A stretch of DNA of 62,531 nucleotides, filler included, from Klebsormidium nitens (Eukaryota; Plantae; Klebsormidiophyceae), in assembly GCA_000708835.1 (NCBI GenBank). It is 5 parts of 5 records of this genome, joined end to end, with 100 filler letters (N's around TTAATTAATTAA, not from the genome) between each part and the next. Parts side by side here need not be neighbours in the genome. Positions count along the whole stretch, not along the records: positions 36,556 to 60,052 come from DF237891.1; 4 more parts are not named here. One strand, given 5' to 3'. Below, piece by piece: positions 37,195-48,282 of the stretch. Made by a program: the position numbers and the translations under genes. Each line of letters opens with the position of its first letter. Within the stretch, counting starts at the first letter, position 1. The notes under the pieces were generated by a model. That model did not search any database. It saw nothing but the letters and a program-made list of their open reading frames with translations, and was not told the origin of the DNA.

Positions 37195-38106
37195 ATGCGA
37201 GGAGAGCCGTGTGCTTACAAGGGGGGCAGGATCGTTGCACAAGGGCATGCCAGTGTGTGGTACCATGGTGTGGCCAAGGACAATATTCGTGCTGCAAACC
37301 TCTTTGCAAATGCCTGCAGCGAGGGGGCCGCCAGTGCGCAGTACAAGTCAGGATTGTACTTTGCCAACAAGAACGAGGCACTCGCTGCAAAGCTTTTCTC
37401 AAAGGCAGCCGAGCAGGGGTATGCTGATGCGCAATACAACCTGGGAGTGTGCTATTCCCACGGCAGAGGGGTGGTCAGAAATAGGGTGCTCGCTGCAGAG
37501 CTCTACTCAAAGGCCGCCGACCAGGGGCATGCCTCTGCACAGTTCAACCTGGGAGTTTGCCATCAGTTTGGCAGAGGTGTGGACAAGAACGAGGCACTTG
37601 CTGCGCACTTGTTCAAGAACGCTGTGGACTAGGGGCACCCCTATGCTCAGTGCAACCTGGGGTCTTGCTACATGTTTGGCATAGGCGGAGAGAAGGACGA
37701 GGCGCTCGCTGCCAGGCTCTACAGGCTGGCTGCAGACCAGGGGAACGCTGGTTCGCTGTACAATCTGGGAAAATGCTACATGATTGGGAGGGGAGTGGAC
37801 AGGAACGAGGCATCTGCTGCGCGGCTCTATAGCATGGCTGCTGACCAGGGGAATGCCAAAGCACAGTACTCTTTGGGAATGTGCTATTTGTATGGCGCTG
37901 GGGTGGCCAAAGATGAGGCGAGGGCCATGGAGCTCTTTGAAGAGGCTTCAAACCAGGGCTATGCCGCAGCGCAATGCATAATGGGAGATTGGTATCAGAT
38001 GCGCGCCAAAAAGCTGTACCTGATTGCGGCCAAACAGGGGGACGCTCTTGCGCAGTACAAGTTGGAAGTGTGTGGCGATATTGACTGGGGCTGCAGCAGG
38101 TTCTGA
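37195..38106 (+). pseudogene. Intronless SEL1-like repeat protein (~7-8 repeats) with one in-frame stop at 37630-37632
   Basis: Repeated AA.QG.A.AQYNLG.CY..G.GV.K; the two ORFs are in the same frame, with D*G where the other repeats have DQG. Confidence 0.9.
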
Positions 38107-39054
38107 AGAGTAGAAGTTGTGCTGTAGGGTGACGCAAGGGTAGGCCCTTGCACAGGAGGACAATCTCTAAAGTGTTTGACAGTCGTGTTGTACTCTTCTT
38201 ATCACAGTCAAAAAGTGCAATGGAGCGATGACTGAATAGGAGTGTCTTTGATGTACCTGGATTATGTCAAAAGCTGTTGATGATGTCTGTCTACACTTTC
38301 ACACAAAAGCGCCCAATCAGTTGCTGCTGCTTGGGGGGCTGTGGAGGGGCAATCATGCTTGCGTGCAAGGTACACACCCTCTGCAAGCGGGCGAGTGATG
38401 CCATGCACCCGTTGTTCGCATGCATGCCGGTACGAATCGTATGAGGTATGTTATTACAGTTTTCGTCACACGTGTTAGGCAAATTGCTTTGCAAACATCG
38501 TGTCTGCTAAATGCGTAGTATTTGAGGCTATCAATGTAATCGGATTGCTTGTTCACACTTGGCTGTCTTGTAAAAGGATTATTGATACATTCGAGAATAC
38601 AAAGCGTAATCAACTACCTCGGATACACTGGTCAAGCTACAACCGAATGCCACGTTGGCGGACTTGGGACAGTGGAGCCCTTTGGCGATGAACTATCTTG
38701 GACCGCCATCCGCAATTATGCAGCAGACGCTTTCTCTGGCGAGGCGAGATGCGCGCGAGTACCCCAATGAAGTAAACGGCAGCATCATTCGCAGGAGCTT
38801 TAAATTCTGCAAGTGATCATCAGGCGGTTTCTTTTGTTTTTCCTGTGATTATTCAAATCAGTTGATATGTGTTCAATCTTTTGCAGGAAACGGATGTGAG
38901 TTCATCGGAGGAAAGTGAGGAAGAAGAGGAGTACGAAGCATAATCCCGAAAAGTGAAATAGCTGTTCTGTTCCTTGCCGATCTGTTGAAGTCTATTGTGT
39001 TCCCTGGAACGGATTGCCTGTGTTTTGTTTTCTCCGGTAAGCTTACAGTCAGTT

Positions 39055-39809
39055 ATGCCTTTTGTTATACGGACACGTGCACAAAGGCAAGATTTAGATG
39101 AACTTTTGAAGCCACGTCTTCTGGCAGCATTTAGACGAATGCAAACGGATGAAGCGGCTGGCATGGTCCTGGTAAGTTGGGATGAGCCCGGCTCACCAAC
39201 TGTGTCCATTGTTTACGATAATGTCGCGATGGGGCTCAGGTTTGCATGCAGCATCGACAATGTCCCTGTGCCTGGCTACTACTATGGCAACGCCTTCATT
39301 ACGTTGGTGAGACGTGGCTCGGCATGTACGAGCACGATTATCAACCAGAAAACATTGCAAACGACATCCTTGAAATTTCATCAAATTGCGGGCTAGCTCC
39401 CAAGGTCATGTGGTATACAGGAGAAACATATGACCAATATATGGGACGGATTGCAGCTGGGGGAGCCCGTCCGGGACGTGTTATATTCGATCCAGAGAAT
39501 CCAGGCTCTGTGAATGCCCGGAACGCCCCTCGGAATCATGTAAACGACCCTCTGGGCAACGCAGGGGTTCTTGCAAATGATACTGCTTTTATCAACTCAA
39601 ATTGGACCCAGGTCAACAGGTCCGCAAACATCAATGTCGCAAAGTATCGGTACCTGCAGAGTGAATTGCGGCGTAACGGGACGGTCCCTAGGGTCTACCA
39701 CGAGAATGCCATAAAAACTGTCCGCAACGGACGGACCGGCAGGAGGCATCCCTTTACGCGGCAGCCGTGGACTGCCAACTTGGACGCAAGCGTGCGGCGG
39801 CTGCGATAG
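39055..39809 (+). pseudogene. Hypothetical virus-like protein, frameshifted near 39300; N/A-rich C-terminal half ending in an HPFTRQPW motif
   Basis: Overlapping ORFs 38995-39396 and 39246-39809 in different frames; no introns. Confidence 0.45.
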
Positions 39810-39994
39810 ATTCGCATGCAACTGTGATTGGAGTGTGTGAATAATAGCATTCCATTCCATCCTCACATGCATTCAAGAGTCTTTGGCAATGTTGGGGCAT
39901 CTGCAGCGGGCAACGGCTCTCGAAAGGTCAAAACGTACATCACACAGCTCCTTCTGCGAGCTTCAGACCACAGAAGGCCCGGCATCTCTTGCAC

Positions 39995-41187
39995 TCAGAG
40001 CTCGGCTGTGTCTCTCTTCCGCTTTGTCTTCCTTTGTATTGCACCATTGGATTGGCCTTGTCCCTCCCAACTGTAGCCATCATAAAACATGTGCTCAACG
40101 GTCACTTCGCGCACAGGCACGTGCATGAGGTGGTACTTGAGGCGCTCGACATATACATTCATGCGGGCTTCCATATGGCCTGGTTCCGGATGACGGGCAC
40201 CCCAAGCTTGTTGTACTTGAAACAGCTTGGGTGTTTTTCGCCATCTGCGGACGTGAAGCCGTCCGGATTGAACCGCAGCTGCACCTGAGGGCGATTGCCG
40301 GCATCCTGAAACAGCTCCATAAGCCTTTTGTTGTCGCACGAATAGTTGCTTGCAGAGTGTTGATCCTCGTCGCATTCCGAGTGCACGGTGTGGGTGTACA
40401 CATCGACAAAGATGTCAGGCCTCCGCGCCGAGCACCCGCCCTGAAGCCTCTTGTCGAAGGTGACTTCTGCAGTGTCTGGGAGAACGCTAGCCGCCTTGAT
40501 GTAGTCGACAAAGTGCTTCTCCTTGACCTTATAGTTCCTGGCAACCTTCTCGTCGGGAAACAGGTACACGAAACAACGCAGGCAGTAGCCCTTGTAGCGT
40601 TGTAGCGTGCTCTGAACGATAGTACCACAACCGTTAAGGCACATTCGGTTCACCAAGTTCACCATACCATCCGTCTTGCAGGCCGCGCAGTGGGTGGCCT
40701 GTCCACCCTCAAGTCCGAAGGACGGTTGTGCAGACTTGCAGTGGCACTTTGGATGATTCACATCCACCATGCCGTTCGTCTTGCAGGCCGCACAGTGGGT
40801 GGCCTGTCCGCCCTCGAGTCCGAAAGAAGGTTGCGCCTTCTTGCAGTGGCACTTTTGGCTCACCACGTCGACCATGTCGTCCGTCTTGCAGGCGATGCAG
40901 TGGGTGGCCTGTCCGCCCTCGAGTCCGAAAGAAGGTCGCGCCTTCTTGCAGTGGCACTTTCGGCTCACCACGTCTACCATGCCGTCCGCTCCCGAGAATG
41001 CAAGTGAACCGCGCTTCTTACCAAGCTGGGGATCCTCTCCCGAAGCGACTGCTGTGTGTGCAAGGACGCGCTCGACCAGAGCTCCCTCCATGATGCCAGC
41101 AGAGTTGCCAATCTCAACCGGAGCAGTCGCCCTAAGTGTTGACACAGGGGATGCCGCTTCCCTGGGAGCAGCCTCCATGTTGGCCAA
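39995..41187 (-). pseudogene. EsV-1-7-like Cys-rich repeats (3 x 34 aa) fused to a PD-(D/E)xK/Vsr-like endonuclease; 1-bp frameshift near 40175
   Basis: GMVDV..KCHCK.A.PSFGLEGGQATHC.ACK x3; RRPDIFVD...SECDEDQH...Y.CDNKRLMEL...LRFNPD. The alternate frame supplies the expected end ARMNVYVERLKY...EHMFYDG. Confidence 0.8.
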
Positions 41188-41289
41188 ATAGTTGCTACTC
41201 GTGGCCTGATCTGTTGCCCTAAGTGTCGATACGTAGGTGCCGTCGACTCTAACACGTCGTCATTATACGGGGGATGCTCAGCGCGCATG

Positions 41290-41545
41290 GCGCGCAAACA
41301 CGGAGGATTCAGAGCTGCCCCCTAGGAGGGAATCAGGGTGTCTGAGATTCTGAAAGACTTTTGAAAGTTACGCTCCATCTGCGTATGCGCGCAAGCTTGC
41401 CGTTCACTGTAAACGTTCCAATCATGCAGGGCATGCACTGCGCACATGGGGCACAAACACGGAGGATTCAGAGCTCTCCCCTAGGAGGGAATCAGGGCGT
41501 CTCAATTTCTCAAATACTTTTGAAACTTCTGCTCCATCTGCACAC
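41290..41545. repeat. Two diverged tandem copies of a ~159-bp non-coding unit
   Basis: caaacacggaggattcagagct..cccctaggag..aatcaggg...cttttgaaa.tt..gctccatctgc at 41295 and 41454. Confidence 0.8.
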
Positions 41546-41668
41546 GTGCGTGCGAGCCATCCATCCTAACATTCTTCAAATCATGCCGGGGTTTACTTGG
41601 AATTATAATAAAACGCCTGTGTCACCGTCTTATCTTCACATGCATGGTTGTACACCTGGGGCAAAACG

Positions 41669-43182
41669 CTACTCGGCTTGAGGCTTCAAAGAGACTCCCG
41701 CAAAGCCCCTGCAGCGCTTCGATTCAAACGTCATCTCTATCCCCTCGAATCCTATCGCATGCATGATCATACCAATACGCCTCTGGCCGAGCAGACGCCT
41801 GGGGATTTCACCGTACGTGGCAAATAGGTGCGCACGGAATTCCTTTGATGTTACCTTCTTCGACACCCCCACAACACACTGCTCTTCGACAAATCGCCTG
41901 ATCAGCTTCTCCACCTCGTTGTCGCGTGGAGAGGCTTTGGCATTTGGTGGGGCAGCACCTTGAACTTGCTGCTCGATGCCAAGGTTCTCGCCTCCATCCG
42001 CGACTGCCTGTGCTTCTCCTCCTGCCAGCACGATCGTTGTCGTTGCAGAGTCCTCTTCTGGTAGCTCTTCTGTACGTTCGGCGGTTGTGGACACCCAGCA
42101 GTCAGACAGAGCCATGTCTTGCAGTCGAGGAGCAGGCCTCACAGTGCTGGAGGTGGCCGACAATGTCCCCGCTTGCTCACAATCGGGAGAATTGGAACCA
42201 CGACTTTGCTCCCACCCGTCCAGCGGGTCAGCTGTTGGACTGCGAACTGCAGGAGGACTGCGAACTGCAGGAGGTTCAGCTGCAGCTCGCCCTGCTTGCG
42301 TCAGAGCTGCCAGCCTGAGCTCTTCCATCCTCAGAGCGTGATCCAATTCAGCCATGCGCACCTTAGCATCTATCTCGGCTTGTCGGGTCTTCTCCTTTGC
42401 CAGTAGAACCTCCTTACACTTCTCATCGTTGCTCGTGCCACCCACATAGAGGTGTTGGATCGTGTGTTGGCTCTTGTGGGCAGCCCTCTCTGCAATTGCC
42501 AGGACTGTGTCCCTGTCCACACGTTCTGGCAAGTGTATGATCTCTCGATGCACAGTGCCTCCGATCTCCACCTCTTGATGAAGTTCTTTGATCAGGGGGT
42601 CCTCCTTGAAGGAATCCTCGGCATCCTTTGGCCGATCCGCCTTCCATGCTCACTCCAGCCATTCCGCTTTTGGAGGTTGGTACTGCAACCGTACTTGTAC
42701 AGCTTCCCACTCTCACTGATACACGCAAGATATAGGCACCCTTGCTTGTCCAGAAGCATCTCCAATGCCTTCTCACGGGTCTCGATCGTCTTAAATGACT
42801 GTAGAGCCTCAACGTATGCATTCCTGATCGCTCGAAAGTACCGACGGACGCTGTCACCGACGGCCGTCTCTGTCCTCATGGCCAGGTCTTCGAAGCAATC
42901 CGTCGTGAGGAAGTATCTGTGGGCGACGGCACCACCTGTAGCATTGTCCTCAAATCTGATGAAACTCTCATTCTCTTTGTACTTATCCAGCCGGCGTAAG
43001 GCATTGGCCTTGGTGCTGTATTCCAACCACTGCCAGGCCTCGTCAAAGGGGACCGGATACTTGTTTCCGTGATCGTGGAACATTCCAACGAATATAGAAC
43101 CCAGTCGGTCCGTCATGCTCCTCTCGAATCCTTTTGAGATTGTCTCTAGAGTTGACGGGGTGATGATTTGCTGACTCGCCAT
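41669..43182 (-). pseudogene. MSV199/AntA-like N-domain + T5orf172(GIY-YIG)-like segment + coiled coil + D5/P4-primase-like C-terminal winged helix; broken by a frameshift and a stop near 42620-42670
   Basis: YPVPFDEAWQWLEYSTKANALRRL...YFLTTDCFEDLAM...VRRYFRAI; CLYL...YKYGCSTNLQKR; the third frame reads DAEDSFKEDPLIKELHQEVEIGG and continues into the 41669 ORF; IRRFVEEQC...VTSKEFR...GFAGVSLK. Confidence 0.6.
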
Positions 43183-43904
43183 CGTTACGGAGAGTCCTGG
43201 AATAATCTCGACCGTTTCAAACGCACTGGTCGCTAACCCTCACCAACATCGGCTCTGTTGGGCAATATCTGGAGGCCGTTGCCTCAAACTGTTTATTACA
43301 GTTTTCGTTGAAAGTGTCGCAGGTTGCGTGTAACGCTCGATTTTGATCAGGTGCGTTTGCTGCGTTTAAATGACCCAACTTTTTCCTAGGGAGATGGTAT
43401 GCTAACAGCCAATGTTGCATCACTGGGCTTCAATGACCTTGGACCCTTGCTCTCAGCGTGCCCCGTCACACACGGTATAGAGACCTTCATCCAAAGGCAC
43501 CATCTCAGTCCCTCCGATGGGACCTCAGTGATTCAGGTCGCGAGGTGTTCCGCAGGTGTACTCGTTATGGGTCGAAGGTCTATGGCATAGCTGAGGAATC
43601 ACAGCAAGTGTTGTCCTAAATTCAACAGTTTTTTCTGGTACCAGGCCTGCCTGGCGGCCAGAGGAAAGCCAGTTAACTCTGGTATTATTGCCATTTTCTG
43701 CTCTCTTTGTTTCCCCCGTTACGTTACAGGGGCGACAGTNNNNNNNNNNNNNNNNNNNNNNNNNNNNNNNNNNNNNNNNNNNNNNNNNNNNNNNNNNNNN
43801 NNNNNNNNNNNNNNNNNNNNNNNNNNNNNNNNNNNNNNNNNNNNNNNNNNNNNNNNNNNNNNNNNNNNNNNNNNNNNNNNNNNNNNNNNNNNNNNNNNNN
43901 NNNN

Positions 43905-44377
43905 TTGACAGCTGTATGGTTTGGCTGAAAGGCAAAGAGCGGCCAAAGCCATCGGCAAATCGAAGGGTGGCCCCTGCACCCCCACCCCCACCCCCTCCAC
44001 CTGGAAGATCGAAGCGGGCGACCAACATGTTTGAGACCAACCTGCGCGCACGCAGAGTCGCGGGGCATAATGCACCGGTTCTCGCCAAGGTAGCCCGGCG
44101 CTACACAGGGAGCAATCTGTCAAATGCCAACATTCTGCGCAATTACAGTCACAAGTACAAGTGGATCATGGATTCGGTCGCTCTGGCAGATGCAGAGCGC
44201 AAAAAGCTCAAGTTGCCCGTAAACGTGGTTGGCCATATCATTCCAAAGGTGAATAAGACGAAGCCTCTCACCGAACGAGACCTCGAAAGGCACTTTGAAA
44301 ACATTAAAAAAAAGGCTCAGAAAGCAAACATGTTGAGTGAGCTGCGTTCACGCCTAGCAAAACGGTCGGCAGTCTGA
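43905..44377 (+). CDS. Hypothetical protein (5' end in gap) with a poly-Pro tract and a basic C-terminal helix
   Basis: Open frame APAPPPPPPPPG...ANMLSELRSRLAKR; intronless. Confidence 0.55.
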
Positions 44378-44439
44378 GGGTTCAAAGGACTGACCGCGGC
44401 TTGGTGCTGGTCCACAATCTCGTTGTAGAACGTAACAGC

Positions 44440-45012
44440 ATGGTGATCGAGCACGAGTGCAGAGAGTACATGCTTCGAGCGATCGTGCAGGAGCCTGGAT
44501 GGAGGGTGGCAGAGGTGGGGGTGTTCCTGGGCGACCTCTCAGCATTCATGCTGTCACTGGAGCCAGCGGAGCTGCACCTCATCGACCCATTCGAGGGGCA
44601 GCTGGTTTCGGGCAATCGGGACGGTGACTCTATCCGCACGTGCCATGGGAACGATGCGATTGAGTATGTGCGGCGACGGTTCGAGGGTGACAACAGGGTG
44701 TTCATCCATCGGGCGTGGTCCCCGCAAGGACTGCTGCAATTCTACAGGGGGTACTTTGACCTCGTGTACCTGGACGGGTCGCACACTTACGAGGACGTGA
44801 AGAAGGATCTGGCGGCGGCCTTGACCAGAGTGAAGCCAGGGGGGTTCATCTGCGGACATGACTATGGGGCGAATCCGAAAAAGTGCCCTTTTGAGTACAC
44901 CTTTGGGGTGCGGCGTGCAGTGGACGAGTTCTGCAGGGATAACGACTTGCAAGTCTCACATGTGGCAAACGATGGATACATCAGCTTTGCAATCCAGCTC
45001 CCGCGAGCCTGA
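44440..45012 (+). CDS. Class I SAM-dependent methyltransferase (Methyltransf_24-like)
   Basis: VAEVGVFLGD (motif I), LHLIDPF, FDLVYLDGSHTYEDVKKDL, VKPGGFICGHDY. Confidence 0.9.
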   Translation: MVIEHECREYMLRAIVQEPGWRVAEVGVFLGDLSAFMLSLEPAELHLIDPFEGQLVSGNRDGDSIRTCHGNDAIEYVRRRFEGDNRVFIHRAWSPQGLLQFYRGYFDLVYLDGSHTYEDVKKDLAAALTRVKPGGFICGHDYGANPKKCPFEYTFGVRRAVDEFCRDNDLQVSHVANDGYISFAIQLPRA

Positions 45013-45212
45013 ACAGTCTCTAAACTCCTCCTAAACAGCATCAAAACTCCTCTCTGAACCTTGCCACCATCGTCACAGAATAGTTGTTCTTACCAGTCAG
45101 CATCTTTGAGCATATTGTCAAAGGCTGATACTCCGGGATATTGTAGCTGATTGTGTCAGAATAGACAACTCTAAGGGCCACTACCGAACTACACCATACA
45201 AAAGTCGATACC

Positions 45213-45640
45213 AGAATGAAGGTGTTACTACAAATTACACCTCTGAATCCTGAAGCTTCTAAAGCAGGTTCCTGAAGAAGTTAGTACAACACGATTGGAT
45301 CTCCAGAAAAAGGTGTTACTACAAATTACACCTCTGAATTCTGAAACTTCTGAAGCAGGTTCCTGAGGAAGTTAGTACAACGGCAAGTGCAACTACACCT
45401 TCTGATCCTGCAACCATTCACACCTAGTAATTCTGAAGCAGTTCCTGACATGCTAGTACAACACGACTGGATCTCAGAATGAAGGCGTTACTACAAATTA
45501 CACCTCTGAAACCTGAAACTTCTGACGCATTCTGAAGCAGTTCCTGACATGCTAATACAACACGATTGGATCTCAGAATGAAGGCGTTACTACAAATTCC
45601 ACCTCTGAATTCTGAAAGTTCTGAAGCATTCTGTTACTCG
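45213..45640. repeat. Intergenic tandem array, 4 copies of a ~92-99 bp unit plus a partial or divergent spacer
   Basis: agaatgaagg(t/c)gttactacaaattacacctctgaa starts at 45213, 45305, 45476 and 45575, with internal (t)tctgaa sub-repeats. Confidence 0.85.
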
Positions 45641-45790
45641 TAGAACTCAGAGTAACAAGAGTGCCTCAGATGGAACCATACTTTGCACTCCTCACGAGCT
45701 CTGCATGCACGTGCTACTGGGCGTGCACCTCGTCTGCCTGGACAAAGAAGATAGCGGGCATGCAGATTATTCTTACCTTGGAATAGAGCA

Positions 45791-46444
45791 ATGGAGTTTG
45801 TCGATGTTGTTGGGTCGAATTGAGAGGTGGATGTCTGCCTCCTCGAGGGGAACCACTGTAGGCCTTGGGTCCTCATCCGGCGATCGGAGGTCTTGAGGGG
45901 CATTGGAGGGGCACACGAGCTAGGGCTGTTTGCGGCGCGCCCGATGCCAGCGGGGACCATCATTGGGAGATACCTGGGCTTTGTGTTGGGAAAGCGAGGG
46001 AGAAGGCAAGTAGAGAGGGAGGCAAAGGTGCTGGAGGATGCGGGCAAGGCAGCCTACCTACTGACGATAAGGGGCATCATTGTGGACGGCTCAAGGCCAC
46101 CTCAGAGTGATGAGGAGCAGCTTGCGGTGGCTGGCACGGTGCTGTTCCCAACAGACGAGTACGACTACCCTGGGGCTCACATGCACATCATGAACGATGG
46201 GCACGGCATGCCGTATCCAAACAACGTCATGATTGACGCAGACGGGTTTGCCATCACAATGGTTGACGTTCCCGCTTACGCCCCAAAGGGCTCGCATGAG
46301 GCAAAGGCTCTGAGCGAACTCCTGTGGGATTACACGGACAGCTATTGGGAGATGATGGACTCTCTGCTGGCTGCAAACAAGAAGCGGAAGGGAGATGCAG
46401 CACGGAATGAGAGATATGCAAAGAGGGCGAAGATTGGGAAGTAG
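45791..46444 (+). CDS. Stand-alone SET-domain protein (vSET-like); probable ATG at 45791 followed by an in-frame TGA at 45821-45823
   Basis: IRRSEVL...LGLFAARPMPAGTIIGRYLG...HIMNDG...ELLWDY; intronless, no pre- or post-SET domains. Confidence 0.75.
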
Positions 46445-47823
46445 GCAGCTTTTTTGGCTGCGCCCACTGCTGCAGAGGCACCTTTTAACAATCATATAAG
46501 CCACATCTTGCAAGCCACGTCTGGATCCAGGTCACACTTGTGGGTTGCATGCACCGCTAGTCCACCGTCCATCACCTTTACGCACCCTACAGTATGCCGT
46601 CGATCGCCGACGGGTGAGCCGGTCCAAAAAATCGGTGACCTCGGGTATCAATTATGCACCTTCATTCACCGTCGTTCACCCAAAGCCACCCGCGTGTACC
46701 CGTTGGTAAGCCGTCGATCGCACAAAGTCACCTCTGAAGGACCGTCGATCACCCGAAGACACCCGCCGGTTAACCGGTTTCCCTTGACAGCCGAATATGA
46801 GCCTGGTGCGGTCAGGCCACCCGGGCGTCATACTTTTGGCAAACATTGAGGTAATTGATCGTCATACCTCAGACCCTGCCGAAACTTTCCAAAAGTTCCC
46901 ACATGGATTCACCAAGTCTCTTGACTCGGGCCCCTTCTTGCGAATCTGCATCATCAGGGGCTACTGTGGTGTCCCTCTTGGATTACAAGCCTGTTTTCAA
47001 GAGGACCACCTCCATAGAGTGCCCAAGAGGCGGCTGCAACGAGAGGTACGTCATGGTGCTGAGCTCAAGCAGGTTTGCAAGAAGATTCTGAGCTGGCTGT
47101 TGAGCTGCACGATGAACATGATAAGTGTTCTGAAGAGTCTGACATGTCTTGTCAGTCTCTGTGCAGGTACTTGGCGGAGACCAAATGGTTTCACGAGCTT
47201 GTCTGCTGCAGTGTGCACTGCCCGCGCAGCTTTGAGGTCTCTGGACAGCGGGTGGGCTGTACATGGTCGGGGAAGCGCGAAGATCTGGCCGGCCATGCTT
47301 GCTGCATGGAGGATGCTGAGGAGGTCTTTCGACTGGCCCTCCAGCTAGGTTACGCAATCAACCGCATGGTGAACCCCCCAAGCAAGCTGCCAGAGGTTTT
47401 TGTGCACAGCTCATATAACAAGACCTTTGCATGTTCGGAGACAACACAATCGTATAGGACGGCTCCGGAGACAACACAATCGTGTAGGACGGCTCTTTCT
47501 GTAGGAAACTGAGGTCAGAGTTGGAATAGTGAGACAGTAGGTTTTTGTAAATACAGTGGGCCGCTTTCTGTCGTTGGGACAACATAGGTGCCAGTGAGAG
47601 AGTCAGTCACGGACACTGAGTCTGGATATGAAGCAACCAAGAATGTAGAATATTAGAGTGAACAGCAAGCTTGCGCGGGTACACAGATGGCGAACAAATG
47701 TCAGCTTTTTGATTGTAGGGAGGGGAGCCAAACCCCTGTGTATCTGCGCACCTGCGCAAGCCTTGATCATCACACCAAATGTACGTTTCCAAGCATTGCC
47801 TGTGGCTTCCTCACTGTCAATCA

Positions 47824-48059
<236 letters not shown>

Positions 48060-48282
48060 TTGGATGCTATCTGTATTGTGCTGAGATAAAGTTCTTATGA
48101 GCTTTGGTGCACATCAGTATGACACCATCGATGCTTAGGGAATAGAGATCTGGCAGCACGAGCATTTGCAGTACGGGCTACGGTCGTTGGGGGCTTAAGG
48201 AAAAGAGATTTGGCAGCAAAGACATACCATAAGAACCATGGCGACCAAAGTGTGCAGGACCATAACGCAACGGACATTGTAA

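Noticed and set aside
38500-38945. EYPNEVNG (JAB-like) peptide and an acidic tail ETDVSSSEESEEEEEYEA
   Set aside because: Short fragments in different frames; cannot be assembled into a supported gene.
45213-45640. Repeat array considered as CRISPR
   Set aside because: Units are contiguous tandem repeats without unique spacers, there are no cas genes, and the context is eukaryotic.
46850-47390. VHCP...GCTWSGKREDLAGH, resembling a TRAF/SIAH zinc finger
   Set aside because: Single short motif in a stop-ridden region; insufficient support.
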